Source of the DNA: Octopus sinensis
Lineage: Eukaryota
Reading direction: 5' to 3'
DNA: 64,000 bases
NCBI RefSeq assembly: GCF_006345805.1
Contig: NC_043003.1
Location: forward strand, 110,112,001 to 110,176,000
In this document: piece by piece, positions 52,985 to 64,000 of the stretch
Layout: every line of letters begins with the position of its first letter
Position numbering within the stretch: position 1 is the first letter of the stretch
Notes under the pieces: generated by a model
Database searches by the model: none
Told to the model about the DNA's origin: nothing
What the model saw: only the letters and a program-made list of their open reading frames with translations
Made by a program: the position numbers and the translations under genes

Positions 52985-55700
52985 GAATTTCGGGCAGGTT
53001 CGGCTGTTAGCACTTCCATACCTGAAGCGTTTGTCTCGAACAGGCAATAACCTTCTGTAGCACTATCAAGCCAAAATCTTTTGGAAATTGTCCTTGTTCT
53101 TCGACACGAAGGTCTTCTGCAAGTGTCGACTCAGACTGTTCTTAACGATGCTTAAATTCAATCGTAGGCCATCATCACCCATACTCTCGAATATCCCCCT
53201 AAAGAAATCTTAGGTTGTTTTCTCGCTAATTGCTGGTACATGGCAGCGAGCGCCTGGCAACATTCTAGTTGCTAAACGACCAACCTTGGTCAACGTTTGA
53301 CCCTTGACTGCAGCGCTATCAATGAGATGAGCTGCGGAAAGAGGTGTCGCACAGTTCACCCTTATTTTCGTCACTCCAGTTCACCCTTATTTTCGTTGTC
53401 GTTGTCGTCGTCGCCGTCCACATCATCGCCGTGATTTAAATATCTCTGTAGGTGTGACAGTATCAAAGCGTGGCGCAGCATCATTAAGGATGGAATCTCA
53501 AAACCACCACGGTGTGGGGGTTGACAGCAGATGGATTTTCCTTATCAGTGGGACCTAATCCTTCCATAACAATCGGAAACGCAAGCGTTCAAATTTGGTC
53601 AGACTTTTCTTAGTCGATAGTACGCTACTGAGGTGATATATGCATTCGCTACTTCCACCCGTCCTTTCATAGACAGGTTCCTTTCTGCCCATTTTTGCGT
53701 GAACTTGGCCACTCTAGTCATGACATCTTCCCAGTTCCTATTTACCTGGAGATCTGGTTCAAACTAGGACTTCCACCGGACCCTCCGTTCATCGACAGAA
53801 ATAGCTGCTAGTCGATTTGCCTCTCTGGCTTATGAGTGTTCCTTTGTATTCCTGATATTTTTTCACTATAGTGTCGATCTGTTCTATGTCAGAAGAGTCC
53901 GACACCATGACAGTGACGTCGTCCGGGTATGCAGACACAACTGCCTTTTGACCTAGTTCCATTCTTCTTGTCAAGGGTTCTAAAGCTAAAATATGTAAAA
54001 TTCGGTAGAGCGGGCTCGAACAGGTTTGTGCATTCCCGACTATACTCCCAGCAACAAGTGCCAGCTTCTTGGCGAGCACCTTAGCTAAATCTTTAACTCA
54101 GTGTTGAGTAGAGTTACGGACTTGCAGTTCTCAATCACATCCTCCTTTTGCAGATCCTTTCTCAGCAGCGTCACCACTCCCCGTCTCACACGACTGGGAA
54201 TGCTTCCCGTCTGTTGCCAGGAGCACGTACACAGCTGCTAAAACCGGCGCAAACAAGTCCGACATGTGGGCATATAGTTCATAGGGCAAACTATCTAATC
54301 CTTGTGATTTGCACCTCACGCAGTGAGTACATTTGCACCAATACATCTTCCATTTCCTCCACTGAAATTGGCTTCTCGCAGCACTCGATATCCTTGTCTG
54401 ATAGGTGCGGCATACACTCGAGGTATGCTTGCAACTCTTCAAATGCCACTCCTCGAAAAGAGATCTGCGAAATACTGCAGAAACACTGCGCTCCTATGTT
54501 TGGTATCGGAGTGCACATAGCCACTGCGGTGCTAGATTTGTTTCCATGCTATGCCTCCACTACCCGGGCCCAACCAGCGGCTTTTTAGCCTTCGTATTTC
54601 AAGGAACGCATCCTAGCTAGGACAATACAGCCTTCATGTAAAACCATGTAATTCAAAAGATTGTCTTGGAGACGTTGTTCAGTAAGTCCCGTCTCTTGTG
54701 GTTGGTGTGAATGTTGCCATTTTGGTCCGTTTTGTTTCGGCTTCTCCTGTTGCAGAGCTTGTGTCTCCCGCCTTTGCTGAGAATGCTGTTACTTTCCTTG
54801 ATTTTGTTGTAGTTGACTTATCTCTTGTTGTTGTTTCAGCTTCTGCTGCTGCTGATGTTGTTGCTACTGCTGCTGATGTTGCTGCTGCTGATGTTAAAAG
54901 CTTTGGTTCCCAGATTGGTTGCAGCATTTTCGAGGTTGACTGCCGCAGAGCTACTCAGATCCATGTCCACAAACTTTTGGGATTTAGGGTTTACATCTGT
55001 ATGTCTCTCCTCCTTTTCCTTTTTGAGGTTTGTTTGACGGTCACCCACTCAGATGGTTTTGGTTCATCTGGGGCCCCTTCTATATCCAAGGAGTCGATAG
55101 AATTTGTATGGCCTTATTACCTCTCTGTTGTAGTGTCTGATTTCGAGGTTGCCGCTGCTTTCCTCTTCAGGATGGCAACGAATTTGGCGTTGGGTGTATT
55201 GGAGCAGCGTGGGACACCTCTTTCGACTTCTCCACAGTGGTACAGAAAGTTTTTAAGTGGTCGGTTTTACCACAAATGTAACACCTGAATTACCTGTCCT
55301 CCACGACCACCCGCATCTGCTCGCACTCACCGAAACAGAAAAAGTCCGGTAGAGCATGAACATCTTCCGGAGCAACCAAAACCTAGAATCCCATGGACAC
55401 TCCTGTTTTGTTTTGTTGGGGGCTTGATGTAAGCTTATCACTTCCCTGTACTCCTCTCGCATAACCATTACTCTGGCCTGGTCCCCATGAGCTTTCTGAG
55501 ACCCTGAATTTTGTCACACGACGTCTTATATATAAAGGGAGCACCACGTACTGGTCAAAGGAATAAGTCATTGTAGCCATCCTACGCGCTTCCTCTTCGT
55601 TGCTACAGATACCTACCATGGTTCCATATCGTTTTCCTCGACAGACATAAATTACGGAAGGCCACACCTCCTCCGGGCATTTTTTCTGTTTCGGTTTGGG
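52985..55700 (-). mobile_element. Degenerate, internally deleted Tx1/L1-clade non-LTR retrotransposon
   Basis: ORF1 zinc knuckle CYICGKTDHLKTFC; ORF2 KSQGLDSLPYELY, AKVLAKKLAL, LALEP..SAYPDDVTV, NLSMKGRVEVAN, LLPVRDKRFRYGS..TCP. Confidence 0.85.
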
Positions 55701-56142
55701 AAGGGTATGGCAGTTTTCTCCCTCTGTGATTAATGCACTGACAAATTATCGTTCTTTTTTTTGGTGGAAATCCTTTCCTCTTATGGGAGAGCCATGACGC
55801 CAGGTCGAATGATATATTTCGGATATTTTTTAACTGCCTCCCGTTTTCCTTGCAAGGAACGAGTGGTCCATGTATTCATTATATTTGCGGAAGAATTTGT
55901 TTCCTTCGGATGTATATTCTCGTCACCATCTTCGTAAATAGAATTATTGTTGATGCTGTTATAGAAGTCAGCGATTTTGTTGGTGCCGATACGGCTGCTC
56001 ATTGTTATAATATTATCGTTGTTGCTGCTGCTGTTGGTTTTGTTACTACTGTTATTGTTGATGGTGTTATTGTTGCTGATGTCATTATAGTTGTTGTTAT
56101 AGTTGCCACGGGTCATGCTGGTGTTATGGTCCTGTATAATAG

Positions 56143-56979
56143 AGGTACAATAGAGGCTTAAATATCATTCTAAGTTAGATATGGAAATCCAATAATACAT
56201 AAAGCAAACCCTCCAATTGTTTGCATGAGATTCCGTAGTATCTTTAGCGAGAGCCAAGTAGATAGAGAAGAGAATTGGAGGTGACGTGCCATGTGTTTAT
56301 TTAATCTAATAGATATAAGTAGCTTTAGAATAAATCATGTTGGTAGTGATGGTAGTGGTGGAGATAGTGTTGGTGGTGGTGGTGTTATTGTCTGTAGGTA
56401 CTTTGTAAAATTAAAGGGAGTGGCGACTGATATGCTTGGTTAACTACTATTCCTCGGGTCGATTGAACACGAGGAAGCAGCTACATATTCTCCTCCGGCC
56501 ATATGTGAAAAGGAATAGATTGAAAAATTTGTCTGAGGAAGGTTTCGGAACGGCTTTTCCGCCCGTTCTGTGGTTGAAATAAGGTAAGACTCTTTCACGA
56601 GATACTTGGTTACATCCACCAAACAATAATTACATTTTCAGTGGTCGAAAACGGCAAAATTAGAGAAAACTCACTAGCAAATGATTCGAGCTGGATTCCA
56701 CGGTTGAAGCAATAATAATAATAATAATAATAATAATATAATAATAATATAATAATAATAATAATGATAATAATAATAATACAGGTGGTGATAATTATTA
56801 TAACGATGAAGATGATGTTGATGTTAAAAAGAAGGTGAGCTACGACAAACATGATGGTTCTGATGGTGATGAGAAGAAAATGTGAAGTAGAAGAAGAAGA
56901 AGAAGAAGAAGAAGAAGAAGAAGAAGAAGAAGAAGAAGAAGAAGAAGAAGAAGAAGAAAAAGAAGAAGAAGAAGAAGAA

Positions 56980-57026
<47 letters not shown>

Positions 57027-57405
57027 AGAAGAAGATTAATCAATTCTCTTTTAAGTGCCGTATCGCTGTTCTTATTTTTGCCAGTGACACTTATGGATTC
57101 CTAATTTACATAGCGTAGAGGCTGCTTACTCAAGATCGATCGTCATTGATAAATAGTGCGCCGATTTGTCATTGTTTCACCAGGTACAATAGAGGCTTAA
57201 ATATCATTCAAAGTTAGATATGGAAATCCAATAATACATAAAGCAAACTCTCCAATTGTTTGCATGAGATTCCGTTCTAGCACTGAAGATACCTCATCGT
57301 TCGGTATCTTTAGCGAGAGCCAAGTAGATAGAGAAGAGAATTGGAAGTGACGTGTCCATGTGTTTGTTTAATCTAATAGATATAAGTAGCTTTAGAATAA
57401 ATCAT
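56143..57405 (+). repeat. ~195-bp direct duplication (56143-56338 and 57182-57405)
   Basis: aggtacaatagaggcttaaatatcatt...agctttagaataaatcat in both copies; copy 2 carries ~28 extra nt. Confidence 0.9.
56888..57035. repeat. (GAA)n microsatellite
   Basis: Seen directly in sequence. Confidence 0.95.
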
Positions 57406-57466
57406 TAATCTTGCATACAAGCGTTTGCCTCTTGCATTCTTTTATATATGTATATATATTATATAT

Positions 57467-57523
<57 letters not shown>

Positions 57524-57665
57524 TTATATTTATACATCTACATATATATACATATATATATATATATACACATATATATACATATATATATATATATTAT
57601 ATATATATATATACATACATACAGACACACACGCATAATATATATACATACACACATTCATATAT

Positions 57666-57716
<51 letters not shown>

Positions 57717-58162
57717 CAGTATGTATACAATTATGTATGTATGTATATAATATATGCATATGTTTGTGTGTGTGTGTGTGTGTTTGTGTGTATGGGTGTA
57801 TACAAGTAATGTAATAGTGATTTCTTTGTATGTGTTGGTATATGCGTGTACAGGGAAATGATTTTGAACACGAATAGCTAAGGAAATATTTAAACAACGG
57901 ATTTCTATAGATGAAGTGCAATTTCTTAAATTTATCAGGCACTGGGTTAAGTTACTGTAATATCAATGCATACCCCAATGCTAGTAACACCATCACGAAA
58001 AGGAGAAAAAAGCATTGTGTTTGAAAGTGAAATCTCATTCAAGATTCGATTTTACCGGATGTTATTCTATGCTGCATTTAGATTTTCTATGAAGAAAACC
58101 TTCTTTATTGTAGCTAGTTTCGCTGTAATTTTTGTAGAAAATATCCGTTCCCGTTATTGTTG

Positions 58163-58194
<32 letters not shown>

Positions 58195-60524
58195 AGTTGG
58201 TGTTTTGTATTTTTATTGGTGCCCCATTGATTTTCGACATTAACACCGCAAATATATAGAAATATTCGAGAGTCGATTGAATCAATCCAAATTCATCCAT
58301 TCTATTTATTTTCTTGATACGGGGCATATGAAATTCAATGCTATAGAAAGTTATATAAAATTACAAAGAGGAGATGAAATGTTATATATATTTATTCCTC
58401 TGCTTAACCACAGCCTATTATATGTGATGAATTTCTTACAATGATACAATGATGCAATGATACATATTTTTTGCTTATGATATATATGTAATTATATTAG
58501 AAGGCTATATTCTATATTGCTTTTCTTTAATCAAATTCTAGAGTATGTATGAAGTAAAGGAGGTGTTTCAAACTCGAAGAATCGGAAATTTAAAGAAAGA
58601 AAAGACAAGAATGTATTTAAAATTTAAATTATGTATTTAAAGAATGTATTTAAAATTTAAAATCGAATTACCCTTCACTTTGTCAGATGCTATTTCCATG
58701 CCAAGCTTTCCCCAAAATAATCTGCTAAACGATAGCAAGGTACACGTTTATGCATTTATTCATTCAAAATTCAATGGCAAGCAAAAATAGTTCACAAGAG
58801 TCCGCAGGTAATTTTGTGCACATTCACACAAGTGTAAGTGAATGTTAACATTAAACACACACCACATACACGAACACACACTTTTATACACACACGCCCA
58901 CGGACTGAGAAAGAGAGAGAGAGAGAGGTCTCGCCTCTCCGATGGCTATTACCACAGCTTCATGATCTCTCCAGCTAGCGTTGGTTTACTAAGTACAATT
59001 CACTGACAATAATGCCACAAGTTTGGATTCCGCGATTTGTAAGTTCGCATTACGCAACCAATAATCGTCTTATGCTGATGGGAATTGCATAAGAAATGTG
59101 TACCCAAGAATCTTATAAACAACCTTTCTTAGTTTATTTAATTGTTTCTGTTTTGAGTTACACACACACAAATATACACACACAGGGGACAGATAAGGAT
59201 AATATATCGAGGCAGATAGCGTTCAAGCACTCTAGTATAATCCAAATTAAGGCTAACCGCATCGAATGGTAAGGAATAATCTAGGACTATTCGAGGTTAA
59301 TAATACCAATATATTTTATCCGAAGGGTAAATCCCGAGTTTGCTTCTTGGATTATACACAGTTTACGGAGTATATATTCAAGAAAATTCCAATAAATAAG
59401 GAAAATAACACATCTGCACAGTTTTTATTGTCACAGTAATTTATTTGATTTAAATCTCTGTCCAACATATGTTTCTGATGTATGAATATATTGCAATGTG
59501 GATTAGATGTGCATCCAGTTTGTTTCTCAGCTTTATTCAAGGGGTTGCCTCTATTAATGTTTGAAGCGAAGTGAAGTAGAAAGGGTTAGACAGCATTACG
59601 TTTTAACAGTGAACGATTAACGTTAAGTGCATAAGAGAGTACAGTCAGAAATCTGACATGGTTATAAACCAGATTAACCGTAGATGACCCTGAGGTTTGA
59701 AATTCGAAACAAGAATGCTAGCTCTTAAAATGGGTGAGAATATATTTCCTCCACAGCGAAGTAAATAGGAATAAAGTTCAGTGATAAGTGTATACAATTA
59801 AGGGTCACTAAGTGAAATATAATTTAGAAATATAAGATATGCAGTTGTTACGTTTAAGGCCATGATATTGCACACAATATGGTAGAATACGTCCAAGTGT
59901 AGTGAAATTAGAATTTTTAAGTATATAAATCAACCCTATATCAGAACGTCCTCCGAGATAGAGACTAAATTATTCCATATGTGATGTGTTTGTTACACAC
60001 GAAGAATACCGAAAAGTACCGTAGAACTCAATATATGACTCACTTAGAAAATATGTAACTTTTGGCATAAATTGCGAAGACCACAACTGAAGCTAAAAAG
60101 AAGTATAAATAAATATACCAAGAACAATTTGAATGCGAATATGAATTATTTCTAGGATATACGCGAACTAGACACTGCACTAATATTGTCTACGTGAATT
60201 CTACCATATCCATTCGACGTGATATTTACTGAATTAAAATCTTTTCAAGAGAAATATTTTAGTGCTTTTCTGTGCATGTGCGCACGTTTCAGGGCTACTT
60301 TCCGTATCATTTAATAATTGACATTTAGACGTGAAAATGTGGCATATATCATTCAAGCATTAATTGCATTTCTTGTGATTATGTAAGGTTCTGCCTCGCC
60401 TATTATTTCCCATTTTATATCACAGTGTATCTATCCTTTAGGAACCAAAGGATTCCACTTAAACTTGTAATATGCATTCTCACTGTCTCTGAAAAATGCG
60501 AGCTGATTACCTAATATTGTTAGT

Positions 60525-61000
60525 TAGTTAGTTAGTTAGTTAATTTGGCTCAAAAGCAAATAGCAAGGCCATGTAGGGGGACATGGAGTTAAGTACAGGG
60601 TGGTGTTCATGTAAAGAGTTCAGGCCACTTGAGGTCCAGGGAGGCTTTGAACAAAGCGGTCGTCGGCATCTTCACCATCTCGTCTGGCAGCTTGTTCCAC
60701 GGATCCGCAACCCGGACGGAGAAAGCTCCTCTCCTTCGATTGAGATGAAATCGTCGCAGGTAGAGCTTTTCGGAATGACCCCGCAGCCGACGCTCCGGAG
60801 CAGGAGTGAAGAACAGCTCTTTCGAGAGGTTACACTTCCCGCTTATGATGTTGTGGGCGAGAATGAGATCACCACGGCGGCGGCGTTTTTCAAGAGAATA
60901 AAGGTCGAGCGTCCTCAGCCTTTCTTCGTAGGACAAATTTTTGAGACCATGAACCATGCGGGTAGCCAGCCTCTGGACTCTTTCGAGATGCTGTATTGAA
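60525..61000 (-). mobile_element. CR1-clade LINE 3' end with (TAAC)n tail
   Basis: LERVQRLATRMVHGLKNLSYEERLRTLDLYSLEKRRRRGDLI..RGHSEKL..FSVRVADPWNKLP; short 3' UTR then taactaac repeats. Confidence 0.92.
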
Positions 61001-61214
61001 GGTAATGCAGCATGTGTGTATATAATAGTATATTTCTCTTCAAACACTGTGCGTCGACAGGGCGAGTTTTCTTGACACAACTACAAGTATTTATGTTGAT
61101 ATTAGTACTCTTCACACGTACAGTACAACCCTGGCAAGAAGTATAGGACATCCATCAAAACGAATTACTTTAAGGGCATAATTACTTTAAGGGAATAATT
61201 TATTTTTAAGTAAT

Positions 61215-61925
61215 TTAATACTTAGTAGCTTTAATGACTGCCATAGTTCATCATGACATGGATACCACTAAGTTGTGACACTCTTCTGGTGTCATGTTAT
61301 CGCATGCTGCTTCAGTTCTATATGTATTTGTAAATAATTGACGAATGCAGGCCTCCAAATCTTGATCCAGATTTGCAGCGTAGGTCGTGAAATTCATTCT
61401 TCACAGAAACATTTTTCCTGTTCCCAGCTGAAGACATGCACCCCTACATCTAAATGCAACAACCACTGGGCTCCACTTTTGGCACCGCGCAACACTTCTC
61501 ACATAAGCTACCCCTATCCGATACTTTCTCCTCACATAAGTTGGCCCAGGCGTATTGAAAATCTGGAATAAATGGTTTAAACATGGCCTTTAAAGCATGA
61601 TTCATTGCAAATCAGGATTTGAAATAAAATTATTTTACGTTTGTAAAAGAACTAGAACATAGCTCAATTCATAAACCTGATAATTGCTTTCAGTTGATTA
61701 GATGACATTTGACCACTGTTTCGGAGTCCGTTCTTGATGATATTTAGCCCACTGGAGGCTCTGTTTTGTTGACTTCAGAAATCCAGGGTTTCTTCCGCGT
61801 TTTCCAGGTTTTCTTAATGTTTTCTTGGCGTCTTCTTGCTGTTCTTGGTGATATTTTTGGTGTGCATGCTTCATTATGATCTGCAGCGAGCTCTGATGAC
61901 GTTTCTCTGCGGTTGCGTAGAAATG
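61215..61925 (-). pseudogene. Tc1-like (DD34E) transposase relic
   Basis: LRNRRETSSELAA..ISPRTARRR..RKKPWISEVNK; M*GCMSSAG; MTPEECHNLVVSM..AVIKATKY*. Confidence 0.75.
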
Positions 61926-62424
61926 TTGAAAATAAACTGGTTGTTAAAAAAGAAACAATAAAAATAAAGAAGCAGTTTAAAACTCTTTGATTACGTCTAA
62001 AATTGCCTTGTAGAAGAGAAAAAAAACATTATTTATTGGTATTCTTGAAATAAATTCATGTTTACATAAATATAAACGAAGACGCCGTTACACACACACA
62101 CACACAACATATATAACTATAACCATGTATTTGTATAAATGAGCAGAGCATAAGCATGTGTTTATAAATGTATAGATGCATATGTGTTTCATGTATGTAT
62201 GTACGTACGTGTCAAACATGTTTATTTCTATATATAAGTAAGAATTAATAGAAGAAAAAGAAATAAACATCATCAAAGAAGAAGGAAGCTCCTAATAGAA
62301 AAACAGAGATACCCTCAGCTAGTCAACACTTATACGTAGCATGATCAAATTTAGCAACACATCAGATTGAAAGGAAATAGAGTGTCGGAATATATTATTA
62401 TTCTATACATATATATGTTATATA

Positions 62425-63009
62425 TATAATTTCAACAATTGAGGGTAAAATTAATTAATTATTAATCAATTTCACCAAGTATTCAGTATGTAAAGGGACC
62501 ATTATAGGCGAATTCAAAATATTACATTATATATAAGGGCTTAGTAAAATAAATTACTTTGCCACATACTGAACTCATTAGAAATAGCAGCTAAAGAATT
62601 TCTTCAGCTATTTCTAATACTTAAAGAAGATCTCTCTCAGATAGTGTTTGCCTAAACTAACTCACAAAAGTATGGGGGAAAAAACATTAAAAAATCAAGT
62701 GCAAAGGTTATTTGAGAACGTACGTTTCTAGATTAGTCAATTCGACATTTCTTTCTTCAGCTCAGAATTCCTTGAATCGGATTTGGGAACACTGAAAGTC
62801 GGGAGCATACCCTTTCGGCTTCTAATCACCTCTAGAATTCTGCTCGGACTAAAAGTGCTATCAAATTCGAATATGCAAGCGAAGAATTTCTGCTCTCCCC
62901 TTTCCACCAGCGTGGGTTAAAATTGACAAACACCATGTATTAACGGTGAAAACCGCAGAATTTAGCAGAGAGAGATGAATTATAATTTCAACAATTGAGG
63001 GTAAAATTA
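62425..63009 (-). mobile_element. Non-coding HHR-bearing retroelement with 29-bp terminal direct repeats and apparent TSD
   Basis: tataatttcaacaattgagggtaaaatta at 62425-62453 and 62981-63009; atgttatatata on both flanks; HHR at 62713-62764. Confidence 0.78.
62713..62764 (-). ncRNA. Type I hammerhead motif with intact core
   Basis: TGAG-CTGAAGA-AAGAAATGTC(GAATT)GACTAATCTA-GAAA-CGTACG-TT-CTCA. Confidence 0.75.
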
Positions 63010-63094
63010 TGTTATATATATATATATATATATATACACGCTATCTTTCTCTCACACACGTGCATATATAAAATAAACGTAATTCGAATTCAAA

Positions 63095-63285
63095 TACGAT
63101 GAGGTGTGAAAAGCCTGGGTGGAACCAAAACTCCGGGTTCTTCTACAGGGGTTAGAAAAACCTGAGCATCGCTGCAATAAGTGTGTGAATCTGAGAGTGG
63201 AATATGTTGAATAAAATCATAATTGACTGATCCTTCAGTTCTTGCTTTTACCTAAAGGCAGGAAATTTTCAACTCCCCCTCCTAT
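63095..63285 (+). mobile_element. Short mariner deletion derivative
   Basis: tgtgtgaatctgagagtggaatatgttgaataa (C-terminus CVNL..EYVE*) between degenerate TIRs tgaaaagcctgg / caggaaattttca. Confidence 0.5.
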
Positions 63286-63816
63286 AACAAACCCGTGTTC
63301 CAGCAAATCGATTGCTATATTTACTCAATACTATTGGATAGATTGCGTAACATAATACAGAAATATCCTCAGCATTCTCAGCAAAAATGTTCTCGTGGGA
63401 TGCTTGCGCTAATATGTATTTATTGTAAGCAATGACATTATTAGTGTATTAGAATAAAAGGTGAGAGTGTCTGAAACTAGAAGTTGACGTAAAGAGGAGA
63501 ACAATAAGCACGTGGTGTCGGGTGGCTGGTGAAGACAACGTGCTTCTACAAATATATAAGCAAACACGATTGCATATTTTTGTGCTTATAATTACGATAA
63601 TGTGGTTCGAATGCTAGCCTATACATAGACTTGATTCCTATACCCGTGCTGGGTATAGGAATGCAGTATTTGTGGTTCTGTGAGGTTCCTTCCAGTGTAC
63701 TTCTATACAACGCTATATATGCATACAGATATGATTATATTTACATGCACATACATACATACATACATACATACATACATACATACATACATACATAGAT
63801 ACATATATATATATCC

Positions 63817-64000
63817 TTTTTTTTACTGCGGCCATGCTGGATCACCGCTTTTAGTCGAACAAATCGACCCCAGGACTTATTCTTTGTCAGCGTAGTACTT
63901 ATTCTATCGGCGTCTTTTGCCGAACCACAAGATTGGGGGATGTAAAGACACTAAAATCGGTTGTCAAGCAATGGTAAGTTTACAAAAACAGACACACAAA
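63817..64000 (-). mobile_element. 3' part of long SINE, running off the window end
   Basis: Reverse complement of the 29040-29220 family. Confidence 0.7.

Noticed and set aside
54698-55288. 196-aa plus-strand ORF rich in A/V/S
   Set aside because: It is the antisense of the low-complexity Tx1 ORF1 C-terminal region.
57283-57313. CTGAAGA followed by a hairpin, as a hammerhead
   Set aside because: There is no GAAA or stem III; the CTGAAGA is itself part of the hairpin stem.

Overview
AT-rich, microsatellite-dense eukaryotic DNA. The SINE and repeat sequences look like those of a coleoid cephalopod, probably Octopus (inference, not verified). No host protein-coding gene can be confidently called; two candidate exons are flagged at low confidence. 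The window is dominated by mobile DNA: one complete 6.1-kb Helitron (34015-40136, minus strand) with exact TC...CTAG ends, an AT target and a Rep/helicase ORF broken by only two frameshifts; at least five Penelope-like (PLE) RT/GIY-YIG fragments; RTE, CR1, R4/Dong-like and Tx1-like LINE fragments; Tc1/mariner relics; MITEs; and tRNA-derived SINEs. The least expected signal is about ten hammerhead-ribozyme (HHR)-like motifs (CUGANGA...GAAA...NUH, often with short palindromic stem III). Several sit in non-coding ~0.5-kb units with terminal direct repeats, one with an apparent target-site duplication (TSD) and one fused to a 326-bp palindrome. These look like PLE-derived, retrozyme-like elements. 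All coordinates and alignments were read by eye; most boundaries are approximate to about 20 bp unless termini are quoted.
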